Shown here piece by piece: positions 48,860 through 63,385 of a stretch of DNA of 64,000 nt. The notes below the pieces were generated by a model. That model searched no databases. It had not been told where the DNA came from and saw only the letters and a list, made by a program, of their open reading frames with translations. Source of the stretch: Leucoraja erinacea (lineage: Eukaryota); contig NC_073415.1 in the NCBI RefSeq assembly GCF_028641065.1, forward strand, positions 9,176,001 through 9,240,000, in the 5' to 3' direction. Each line of letters begins with the position of its first letter. Positions within the stretch are counted from its first letter, which is position 1. Both the position numbers and the translations under genes were made by a program.

Positions 48860-51842
48860 TCACCAGGGCGGCGACATGGGCTGCGGGTTCTGCAGGTACG
48901 ACATCACCACAGCTGAGATCGACAACCTGCAAGACCAGACAGGAGGGAATAGGTGAGGGGATTGTACAAACAAATCACACAGCTACCGCCCACCCTTTCT
49001 GCTGCCTAAACCGCCTCTAACTCTGCCACTGTGAGCTCTTTACTCCTCCCAAACAACCTGTTTTAGCCTTGATGCAAAGCTACTGAGTCAGAGGAGAGGG
49101 AAACTGGAGGCATGAAGGACAAAGAACAAAAGAATGAAAGGCACAAAGAACAAAGTATCTTTCATCCTTTGTACCGACTCCTACCTCCAGTTTCTCTCTC
49201 CCGACTCTCAGTCTGAAAAACGGTCACGACCCGAAACATCACCTATTCCTTTTCTCCAGAGATGCTGCCTGACCCGCTGAGTTACTCCAACCTTTTGTAT
49301 CTAACTCAGCACATCTTCCCATCAGCACTGGGCTAAACAGGTCTCTTCGCACTGACCCAGGAAGTCAACAACTTGAACACTGGCATGTCTTGTTTTTTAG
49401 TGATAAGGCTGTGTCACGAGGGGGAAGGGCAGAATACTGAATCACAAGTTAATCCTGTAAACAACTGTATGTGACCCACTCCACATCTTCCCATCAAAAA
49501 TTGTATAACATGGCAACATGCTTTGTGTCTGTGGAGCAGACTCATGATTGACTGCTCTCCTTGCCTGGCAAGTTATTGTTAATTGCTTGCTAATAAAGTT
49601 ACAGTTAACTGTCACGTTTCTTGTAAATTATTCCGACAATACTGAGGTCAAGATTGAATCGGCAGCTCCACCTGCTGTACCTCTGGGCCAGTGGTAAAAA
49701 TAGTGATTCCACTCACATGAAGCTGCTCATCATTTGTTTGGTGTCTTCAGAGCTGCGAGAGTTGGCAAAGCTGATGAAGGAGCAGTAGACGGCAATCCAA
49801 GCACAACATTTCAGCTGGGAAGTGAGGAGATGATGGTTACATTACAAATCACACCTCCAATCCCCAGCCAGTGGATCGCCCCATCATTTAAGCCCCGTCC
49901 AACCCACCAGTGAAAACACATTGCCACTTTCATTTCACCGTACATCTTGTATGTGTATGTGACAAATAAAGTTGACTTGACTTGACAAATTTAATTGATG
50001 AAATTAAAAAAACAATCTAACAGTCCTAGTCTGGAAATGTGTGTGCAAGCAGGAATTATCATAATGTCCTCAGAGCTTACTACATCACTGAACTGGTCCT
50101 GACCTTCCATCTACCTCATTGGACACCTTCAAACTATCTTTAATCAGATTTTACTAGACTTTATCTTACACTAAACATTATTTCCTTATCCTGTATCTGT
50201 ACATTGTGGATGGCTTGGTTGTATAGTCTTCACAAACTGAATAGCATGCCACAAAAAAGCTTCTCAATGTATCTCGTACATGTGACTAAAGAAATTAACG
50301 AAACTACACTCAGAGCGAGGTGGCCCGAATGCAGCCCCTCAGTCCTGAGAGCTCAGAAAGAATTAGGTCATTCATGGAAAGTGAGAGGAAGAGCATGGAG
50401 AATGGGTGTGTGTACCTTCAGCATCAGCCCACACATGCTGAAGATCATTCCCAGCAGGTTCATGTAATCGGGGGTTGGGTCCTCCAGGGTCGGGTTGTTG
50501 TCACTGGCAGGTGGCTTGTACCTACAAACACAAAGAACCATTGGAAGCAGGAGATACATGCAGCACCAACCAGCCAGCCTTCTCCACCATTCAAAGAGTT
50601 CAGGACTAATCCTGTCTGCAAGTCTTTCTTCCCACTTGATCCCACACATGCTTAATAATGTAACAATGGACTAGTGTGGGCTCCACCTTTCATAGGTCAT
50701 TGGTGCTGGCTCGGATTTGTTCTGTACCTTTTCATACATCTAGTTTCCCTTTACCCTGCCTCTCAGTCTGAAGAAGGGTCCCAAACCGAAACATCACCCA
50801 TTCCTTCTCTCCAGAGATGGCCCGCTGAGTTACTCCAGCATTTTCTGTCTGTGATAGGAATACGAATCAGTGGAAGTGGGAGGTTGATGGTCGGCACAGA
50901 TTTGATGGGACGTTTCTTTTCTCTATGCAATGGGTTTCTCCATGACCATCATCCTCATGACCATCTTGAGGGGGACTTTCTTTAGTCAGAGGGTTGTGAA
51001 TCTGTGGAATTCATTGCCACAGATGCTGGTGGGGCCAAGATAATGGATTTTTTTTAAGACGGAGATTCCTGATTAGTACGGGTGTCAGGGGTTATGAGGA
51101 GAAAGCAGGAGAATAGGATAAGGAGGGAGAGATAGATCAGCCATGATTGAATGGCGGAGTAGATGGGCAGAATGTCCTAATTCTGCTCCTATCACTAATG
51201 AACCTATCCTCTCTGCTAGTGGACTCTGCCCGCCCTTCACTGAGTGTGTCCTGACGCCATGCCTGTAACCCTACAGTCCCTGCTTCTTTTTTTTCTTCTT
51301 CTTTCTCTGTCTCTGTCTCTCTCCCCTACCTCTCTCTCCTCCTCTCCCCCTCCCTCTCTCTCTCCCTCCTCTATTCCCCCTTTCTCCTTTCTCCGGGCTC
51401 TCTCTCAACTGCGGAGGGCTGTCTCTCTACCCGTCTCTTTCTCCCTTCTCTCTCTCCAGTCTCTCTCCCTCTCCTCTCCCTCTCTCCTCCCTCTTCTATC
51501 CTTCCCCTCTCCCTCTTCTCCACTCCCCCCCTCTCTCTCTCTCTCTCCTCTATTCCCCTTCCATTCTCTCTCTCCCTCCTGTCTCTCTCCCCTTCTCTTT
51601 CTCCCTCCTTCCTCTCTCCCTCTTCTCCACTCCCCTCCCCTCCCCATCCTCTACTTCTCTCTCTCTACCTGTCTCTTTCTCCCTTCTCTCTCTCCCGTCT
51701 CTCTCCCTCTCCTTCCTCTTCTATCCTTCCTCTCTCCCTCTTCTCCACTCCCCCTCCCCATCCTCTACTTCTCTCTCTCCTCTATTTCCCCCCCCTCACT
51801 CCCTCACCGCAGGATCTTGTTGACTCTCCGCGGGTCCGCCAT
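48860..51842 (-). CDS. WDR83OS: PAT complex subunit Asterix (WDR83 opposite strand), 101 aa, 4 exons
   Basis: Exons (minus): 51842-51808, 50521-50416, 49814-49717, 48926-48860. Translation: [101 protein letters not shown]. Confidence 0.96.
51283..51805. repeat. About 520-bp polypyrimidine (CT-rich) tract in WDR83OS intron 1
   Basis: Almost pure C/T on plus, with internal repeats (ctctccctcttctccactcccc). Confidence 0.9.
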
Positions 51843-51913
51843 GACGCCGGTCCCGTCGCCAAACCTGTCCCCCAGCGGCAGCGGCAGCGGAAGCGGAAGT
51901 GAGTCCGGTGGGG
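51843..51913. promoter_or_regulatory. Compact bidirectional promoter/5' UTR region between WDR83OS and WDR83
   Basis: 71 nt between the divergent ATGs; tandem ETS/GABP sites CGGAAGCGGAAGTG at 51888-51901; CpG-rich. Confidence 0.75.
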
Positions 51914-54900
51914 ATGTCGTTCCCGGCGCCGCGGCCGCCGGCCCCGCGTTTCCCCAACAAACAGCTCCGCAACTGGGAGTGTAAACAGGGCGCCGTGAGG
52001 GCCGTGCGCTTCAACGGTGAGTGGCCGTGGAGCCGAGACCCACGGCAGCAGCTTCCGGCACGGGTCACGGCCACAGGTGGCGGCAGACAGCCACCCCCAC
52101 CCTTGGGTGCCCCACATACACCCCATCCCCACCCCCACCCTAGGGTGCCCCTCACACGCTCATCCCCACCCCCCACCACCCAGCCCCACCCCCTCCCTAG
52201 GGTGCACACTCATCCCCACCCCCACCCCCCACCCCCACCCACGCTGGGGGGTCCCACATACACCCACCCCCACCCTAGGGTGCCCCTCACACACATCCCC
52301 ATCCCCACCCCCCACCCCCACCCCCACCACCCTGGGGTGCCCCACATACACCCATCCCCACCCCCACCCTAGGGTGCCCCTCACACGCTCGCTCACCCCC
52401 ACCCTGGGGTGCCCCACATACACCCAGCCCCACCCTAGGGTGCCCCTCACACACTCTTCCCCACTCGCAGACACTCTTCCCCACCCTCACACACCCATCC
52501 CCACCCTAGGGTGCCCCTCTTTCCTCTTCCCCACCCTCACACACGCTACCCCACCCTTGGGTGCTCCCAACACACATGGTTGCCCCATCTTCACCCTCAA
52601 CTTATCAGGCAACTAAACTATCCCACTGCAACTATAGAGCAGTCCTGAACTACTATCTACCTCATTGGTGAAGTTATGGGTGACATTTCGGGTTGGTCCC
52701 TTTCTTCAGTCTGAAGAAGGGTCTCGACCTGAAACGTCACCCATTCCTTCTCTCCAGAGATGCTGCCTGACCCACTGAGTTACTCCAGCTTTTAGTGTAT
52801 CAACAGTACTGTATACATGTTTCCCATTTGGTGTTGTATTTGAGGACTAATCCTTTGGCTGTGTTGCTGCCTGTTCCCCTCCAGTGGACGGTAATTATTG
52901 CCTGACCTGTGGCAGTGACAAAACGCTGAAGCTGTGGAATCCGCACCGAGGGATCTTCCTGAAGACGTACACGGGCCACGGCTACGAGGTTCTGGATGCA
53001 GCTGGGTAAGCCGTTGCCCTGCACGTTGAGGGCACTGATGCCGCCGTCTGTGTTTGCGCTGTGGATGCAGCGGGCTCACTCAGCCTGTCACTCTTACCTC
53101 CACCCCATAGCTCTGTTTCTCACTCCAGCCTTTCACTACCCCCAATCTCCCGGCACTGCGACTTTGGCAGGATGTTGTGACTTACACTGGCACCTTTGCC
53201 CCCTGCAGTTCCTGCGACAACAGCCAGGTCTGTTCGTGCAGCAGCGACAAGACCATCGTGCTGTGGGATGTGGCGACGGGACAACTGGTCCGCAAATACC
53301 GGGGTCACGGAGGGGTAAGAGTGGCTTTGATCGCTCGTTTTCACACGTTACTCTTCCACATCTCTCCTTTCCCTCTCCCCTGAGATTACTCCAGCATTTT
53401 GTATCTATATCTTCAGTGTAAACCAGCATCTGCAGTTCCTTCCAACACACATACAGTGTTGGCTGATGTTGAGGAGAGCAACAAGATGTTGTCAAGCTGG
53501 AAAGGGGACAGGGAAGATTTACAAGGATGTTGGCAGCACTCGAAGGTCTGAGCTATAGAGAGCAGTTGAACAGGCAGCGCAGGAGGATGAGGGGTGATCT
53601 TATAGAGGTCTCAGAGTAGGGGATCAAGAACCAGAGGACATTGGTTTATGGTGATAGGGGAAAGGTTTAATGGGAACCTAAGGGGTGACTCTTTCACACA
53701 ACGAGTGGTGGGTCTATGGAACGAGCTGCCACAGGGAGTAGATGAGGCAGCTGCTTCACACTGGCAGTCAGTCAGCAGGCTTTCCCAACTGTTTGGCAGC
53801 AGCTGCACCAAGCTCCACATCCCTCTGTTCCCTGTGTCCTCTACATCACTCTCTTGCAGCCTTCCTCTGCTCATTCTGAAAAGCCACTCTTTTCTCTCTT
53901 TTCACAGAAAGTAAACTGTGTTCAGTTCAACGAGGAGTCGACTGTCATTGTTTCAGGTGAGAAAGGTGTGGGTCTTGTTGGGGGGAGAACTCATAGAAAG
54001 TATGTGCTCAGATAAGGCAGCATCTAACTTATTGAAAGCCATCATACACATACAAGATGTGCAGTGAAATGAAAGTGGCAATGCCTGCGGGATTGTGCAA
54101 AAAACAACAGAACAGAATAGAACAGAAAAAAAAAATGTTTTAAAGGCACAACACAACAGTAAATTAGTACAGTAGATTAGTCCCTGGTGAGATAAGAGTT
54201 TACAGTCCTGATGGCCTGTGGGAAGAAACTCCGTCTCATCCTCTCTGTTTTCACAGCATGACAGCGGAGGCATTTGCCTGACCGTAGCAGATGGGACAGT
54301 CTGTTGCTGGGGTCCCCCATAATGTTGCTGGTTCTGGATCTGCACCTCCTGGTGTATAGGTCTTGCAGGGGGGCGGGTGTAGTTCCCATAGTGCGTTCGG
54401 CCAAATGCACTACTCTCTGCCGAGCCTTCTTGTCCTGGGCATTTTACTGGGAATTTCCTTTATCCCTCCCCCTCGGGCTGGGTATAGATGGAGCTGTGTT
54501 AACACTGCACTCATTAACATAGAAACATAGAAACATAGAAATTAGGTGCAGGAGTAGGCCATTCGGCCTTTCGAGCCTGCACCGCCATTCAATATGATCA
54601 TGGCTGATCATCTAACTCAGTATCCCGTACCTGCCTTCTCTCCATACCCCCTGATCCCCTTGGCCACAAGGGCCACATCTAACTCCCTCTTAAATATAGC
54701 AATATTAACTGCGCTGATCAACTGATTGCAGGTTCCATTGACTCCTGCATTCGATGCTGGGATTGTCGGTCGCGGAAATCGGAGCCTATTCAGGTTCTCA
54801 GTGAAGCGAAGGACGGCGTATCCAGTGTGAAGGTTTCAGACCACGAGATTCTATCAGGGTGAGAGTCGCAGGGGGGGGAGCACAAATAACTGGGACCCAC

Positions 54901-57900
54901 AGGGTACAGAGCGGGAACACGACCTCTAGAAAACCCCGGGGAGAAGGAATGGGTGACGTTCGAGACCCTTCTCCAGACTTTGTCGACCCCTGCCTCTCCA
55001 CCGCCAACCAGCAGGCCGGAGCCGTCACCACACCTGAGTTCCAGGCTCAGCACCAGGCCCCTGGTGACGATGGGTCTCGACCCGAAACGTCACCCATTCC
55101 TTCTCTCCAGAGATGCTGCCTGTCCCGCTGAGTTACTCCAACATTTTGTGTCTATCTTCGGTTTAAAGCCTGTTCACTCTCTCTTCTCCCCTCTCCCATC
55201 AGATAAGAGGTACAGAATTATGAAAACGCACACCTCCAGATTCAAAGGCAGTTTGTTCCCAGCTGTTATCAGGCAACTGAACCATCCTACCACCAACTAG
55301 AGATCAGTCCTGACCTCCCATCTGCCGTTGGAGACCTTTGGACTATCATTAATTGGACTTTATCTAAACATTAATCCCTTTATCCTGTAACTGTATACTG
55401 TTGTAATTATCTATTGCCTTTCTGCTGACTGGATAGCAACTAAAGCTTTTCACTGTACCTCAGTACACGTGACAATGAAGTGAAATAAACTAAACCACTT
55501 GGCCCATTGAGTCTAGGCCAGCTCATCGAGTAATCATTCCCTACTTATTATCCCCGTAAACTATTCTCCATAGACTACCATACATTCTACCTTGCTCATA
55601 CATTGCAGCAATTTACAGACCCTATTTAACCCAGCATGTCGCACGCCTTTCATATTTTGGAGGAAACAGAGCACCTGGGTCACACACAGGACTGAACGGA
55701 GAACGTGCAAACTTCACACAGACAGCACTGGAGGTCAGGACTGGACTGTAAGGCTCTGCTATGCCAGTGTGCCACCAATGATTGTTGGTTGCAGTCCCAC
55801 TCCAGAGAGACACACCAATGGTCGGACACTGATCTGTGCAGGGGAGGAGTGAGGGAGTTTGCGAGGGTGGGTCTGTGTAGATGAGGTTTGTTGTTCATCC
55901 TAACCCTGTGCTGCTGTAGGTCTGTCGATGGACGGGTCCGGCGCTATGACTTACGCAAGGGACAACTGTTCGCAGATTACATTGGAAGTGAGTACTGGAC
56001 TACAGAGCCCATTTCATGATGCATGTGATCACAACGTGAACAGATTCTCAGTGTTTGTGCTGGAGGCAGACTGTCTCTCGTTGTAGTACACATTGTCAGA
56101 TGCTGCCTGTCCCACTGAGTCACTTCAGCATTTTGTGTCTCTCTTCGATTTAAACCAGCATCTGTAGTTCTTTCCTACACATTGAGACTGTCCCACTGTG
56201 CTGCAGGTTGGCTGATGTTATTTAAGAAAGACAAACATAGAAACATAGAAAATAGGTGCAGGAGTAGGCCATTCGGCCCTTCGAGCCTGCACCGCCATTC
56301 AATATGATCATGGCTCATCATCCAAATCAGTATCTTGTACCTGCCTTCTCTCCATACCCCCTGATCCCTTTAGCCACAAGGGCCACATCTAACTCCCTCT
56401 TAAATATAGCCAATTAACTGGCCTCAACTACCTTCTGTGGCAGAGAATTCCACAGATTCACCACTCTGTGTGAAAAATGTTTTTCTCATCTCGGTCCTAA
56501 AAGATTTCCCCCTTATCCTTAAACTCTGACCCCTTGTTCTGGACTTCCCCAACATCGGGAGCAATCTTCCGGCATCTAGCCTGTCCAACCCCTTAAGAAC
56601 TCTGCGGGACAGGCAGCATCTCTGGAGAGAAGGAATGGGTGATGTTTCAGGTCGAGACCCTTCTTTAGACAAAATGACACCTATCCATGTTCTCCAGAGA
56701 CACTGCCTGACTCACTGAGTTACTCCAGCACTTTGTGTCTGCAGTTCTTGGTTATCACTGATGATATATTTGTCAGCTTCTTCTGCAGATTGACCTGTTA
56801 CCATCTCCCCAACTCACACAGGTCCGATCACAAGTGTGTGTTTCAGCAGGGACGGGCAATGCACTCTCAGCTCCAGCCTGGACTCCACACTGCGCCTGTT
56901 GGATAAGGAGACGGGGGAGCTGCTGGGACAGTAAGTGCACCTCCCTGTGGTGGGAGGATCACTATCAGACACACTGACTCCAGAACCTGTCCTCTAACTG
57001 GCACTACTCCCTTGGTGTCACCACCTGGTGATGGTCTCTTCCATCTCCAAGCAAAAGATACTTCATTGTCCCCGGTGTGTAGTGTGTCCCTAGTGGGTTA
57101 GTGTACGGGGACCGCTTGTCGGCGCGGACCCGTGGGTCGATGGGCCTGTTTCCACACTGTATCTATACTAAAGCAGAAGACCATGGGATTCAATATTGGG
57201 CCATCTGCTGCTCTACGAGAAGTAGACCACAATGTTAACAGTTACCCCTTCCTCGCTGTTTCAACAGGTACAAAAACCACAAGAATGCAGAGTACAAACT
57301 AGACTGCTGCTTCAACGAGACGGACACGCATGTCCTCAGTGGCTCCGAGGATGGGAAGGTGTATTTCTGGGATCTCATTGAGGTGAGCATCCTTTCCCCA
57401 ACTGATAAGACACAGAATGCTGGAGTAACTCAGCGGGACGGGCAGCATCTGTGGAGAGAAGGAATGGGTGACGTTTCGGGTCGAGACCCTTCTTCAGACT
57501 GAGAATCTCAGACTATCTTTTCCCCAACAGCCACCCTTCCTTTCTCTCAGACAAGATGGGGATCTTGGGTGGGTTTTTGTAGGCTAATTGGCTTGGTATA
57601 ATTGTACATTGTCCCTAGTGTTTGTGTGCGGGGATCGCTGGCCAGCCCGGACTCGGTGGGCTGAAGGGCCTGTTTCCGTGCTGTATCTCTAAACTAAACT
57701 AAACTAAACTCTGCCATCACCACTAACAACACATTTTCGTTACACCATTGCTGTAAGAGGGTTTGTGTCATGCACAATACTCCTAAGTTTCTTCTGTTAG
57801 GGCATTGACTGAAGGATTTGGGTTGTATGAATTTATTAACACGATGCAATTCTTGTTGCAGGGATCGCAGGCTGCAACGCTGACGGTGGGGAAGGGAGTG

Positions 57901-58014
57901 GTGCAGTCCCTGAGTCACCACCCAACTCAGTCGTGTTTGCTCACTGCCACAGAGGGCAACGTGCAGCTCTGGGGGGATGAAGAATACGAGGAAGAGATGG
58001 TGACAGCCACATGA
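51914..58014 (+). CDS. WDR83: WD repeat domain 83 (MORG1), 316 aa, 9 exons
   Basis: Exons with consistent phases: 51914-52016, 52885-53005, 53209-53314, 53908-53956, 54732-54858, 55920-55987, 56822-56930, 57268-57382, 57862-58014. The peptides QGAVRAVRFNVDGNYCLTCGSDKTLKLWNP, GHGYEVLDAAGS, GSVDGRVRRYDLR and SEDGKVYFWDLIE match MORG1. Confidence 0.96.
52090..52600. repeat. C-rich minisatellite in WDR83 intron 1 containing the palindrome CACCCTAGGGTG
   Basis: About 10 variant units of ccccaccctagggtgcccctcacac / ccccaccctggggtgccccacatacac. Confidence 0.85.
52711..52738 (+). ncRNA. Putative minimal hammerhead ribozyme motif (Penelope-associated), sense within WDR83 intron 1
   Basis: CTGAAGA-A-GGGT-CTCG-ACCT-GAAACGTC: CUGANGA and GAAA core, stem II with one G-U pair, palindromic ACGU stem III and a GUC cleavage triplet. 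Confidence 0.55.
54025..54440 (-). mobile_element. Rex1/Babar-like LINE 3' fragment
   Basis: ORF 54177-54410 (...LQDLYTRRCRSR...LLRSGKCLRCHAVKTERMRRSFFPQAIRTVN) resembles the Rex1 ORF C-terminus; the 3' UTR ends aataagttagat. Confidence 0.7.
54518..54701 (-). mobile_element. Young CR1 3' end, 30 nt upstream of the WDR83 exon 5 acceptor
   Basis: (catagaaa)3 tail plus ggtgcaggagtaggccattcgg...ccctcttaaatatagc. Confidence 0.8.
56236..56600 (-). mobile_element. Young CR1 3' end with an RT C-terminal remnant
   Basis: ORF fragment LKGLDRLDAGRLLPMLGKSRTRGQSLRIRGKSFRTEMRKTFFTQ, typical of the CR1 ORF2 end. Confidence 0.85.
57470..57497 (-). ncRNA. Putative minimal hammerhead ribozyme motif, best-preserved copy (within element 57408-57500)
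   Basis: Reverse complement is CTGAAGAAGGGTCTCGACCCGAAACGTC, with a perfect stem II (GGGU/ACCC) and the ACGU palindrome. Confidence 0.6.
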
Positions 58015-58501
58015 CGCTCGGGCACAGGCTCCCAACATGGGCCATAAACTGTGCAGGAAGGAACTGCAGGTGCTGGTTTTCACCGAGATAGACACAAAAT
58101 GCTGGAGTAACTCAGCGGATCAGGGCAGCATCTCTGGTGAAAAGGAGGTTGTGGCTTTTGGGTCGTAACTCTTCTACAGACACGATAAGCTCTTGGCCTT
58201 TGAACTGGTTACAGACTGAAGAACATGCACCATAACTCCAGCAAGGCTGCTCATGTGACACACTGCAGGTGGATCCATGATGCAGTTAGCTGAACAAAAA
58301 AACAAACTGCTGGAGGAACCCAGCGGGTCAGGCAGCTTCTGTAGAGTGAAATGGACAGACTGCTGGAGGAACTGAGCAGGTCAGGTAGTACTGTATCTGT
58401 AATTTACTCCAGCAATTCCACTTATCTCCCCAGCTATGACTACCTGTTGTCCACTGCCCACAATATCTGGCCCCTGTCATTTAAATGTCTAGTTTGAGAA
58501 G

Positions 58502-58507
58502 AATAAA
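58502..58507 (+). terminator. Candidate WDR83 poly(A) signal
   Basis: AATAAA about 490 nt after the stop, followed by a tgtttgttt U/GU element. Confidence 0.55.
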
Positions 58508-58574
58508 GTAATTACTTTCAGAAAATGTTTGTTTCAACAAGCAGTGTCATAATTCTGTGTTAAAACTGTTTAAT

Positions 58575-58880
58575 TTGGGTTTACAGCGCGGAAACAGGCT
58601 CTTCGGCTTAACGAGTCCACTCAGACCTGCGATCCCCACACACTAACACTATCCTACACACACACACTAGGGACAATTTACGTTTATACCAAGCCAATTA
58701 ACCTACAAACCTGTACGTCTTTGGAGTGTGGGAGGACACTGAAGTTCTCTGAGAAAACCCACGCGGGTCACGGGGTGAACGTACAAACTCCGTACAGACA
58801 GCACCCGTAGTCGGGATCGAACCCGGGTCTCTGCCGCTGCATTCGCTGTAAAGCAGCAACTCTACCACTGTGCCACCGTG
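58575..58880 (-). mobile_element. Full-length HE1-like SINE between the WDR83 and DHPS 3' ends
   Basis: Reverse B-box ggatcgaacc at ~58814-58823; tRNA-like head cacggtggcacagtggtagag on minus. Confidence 0.8.
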
Positions 58881-58936
58881 TGTAGCAAACAACTGGACAC
58901 CTGACAAACAAAATAGTCTTTAAACTCAATCATGAT

Positions 58937-58942
58937 TTTATT
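58937..58942 (-). terminator. Candidate DHPS poly(A) signal
   Basis: tttatt on plus, about 675 nt downstream of the DHPS stop at 59617. Confidence 0.5.
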
Positions 58943-59616
58943 CATATTCATGCAGCAACCATATCTCAAAATTACATATTTGGAAGAAAACCATTATGCA
59001 CAAGTTTCTCCAGCTAGCAACCCCAAGTAGTCTTCTCGACCCGAAAACACCCGCGTTTAGTGTGTTGAGGACACTCAGTCACTAGGACAAAGTGTTTCTC
59101 CAGACCCTCAAGCTCTGCTTAGATCACCTTAAGATCCACGCAGAAGCTGACCCAAGTGGTTATATATTAATTAACTTACAAATGCCCTTGAAAGGTTTCA
59201 GTAAAATAATGTTCTCTCCCTGATCCCGATTCCTTTTTCCTGTGTGTGCGCACACACACCGACACACACAGCTGTCTGGTACTCAACGTCTCAGACCTGG
59301 TGGTATGTAAAAGCATAAATAATAGTCAAACAAAATGTAATGCGTACATTCACCACTGCAAGGAGTTTGATGAAATGCTGAAAGTGGATACAGTGAATTC
59401 CCTCAGGGTGCCACATGCCACATCTTCCTTCCTTCCTTCCTTCTTTCACTCGTTCTTGGCTGAGAGCCTGAGAGATTAGGAATCGCAGTATGCTCCTAAT
59501 GTGGCAACATCTGCTTCCCAGTAGTGGCAGATAGGATCCCAATGTCCCCTCGACCTCAGGAGACGGTGCCATCAGCCGCTGATTCTACGACATGCTTGGC
59601 TTACGCGGGGAGTGCG

Positions 59617-63385
<3,769 letters not shown>

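Noticed and set aside
51244-51984. 246-aa Ser/Leu/Pro-rich ORF that looks like a signal peptide or membrane protein
   Set aside because: Translation of the stop-free CT-rich tract in WDR83OS intron 1.
52017-52616. 199-aa Pro/His-rich repeat ORF
   Set aside because: Translation of the C-rich minisatellite in WDR83 intron 1.
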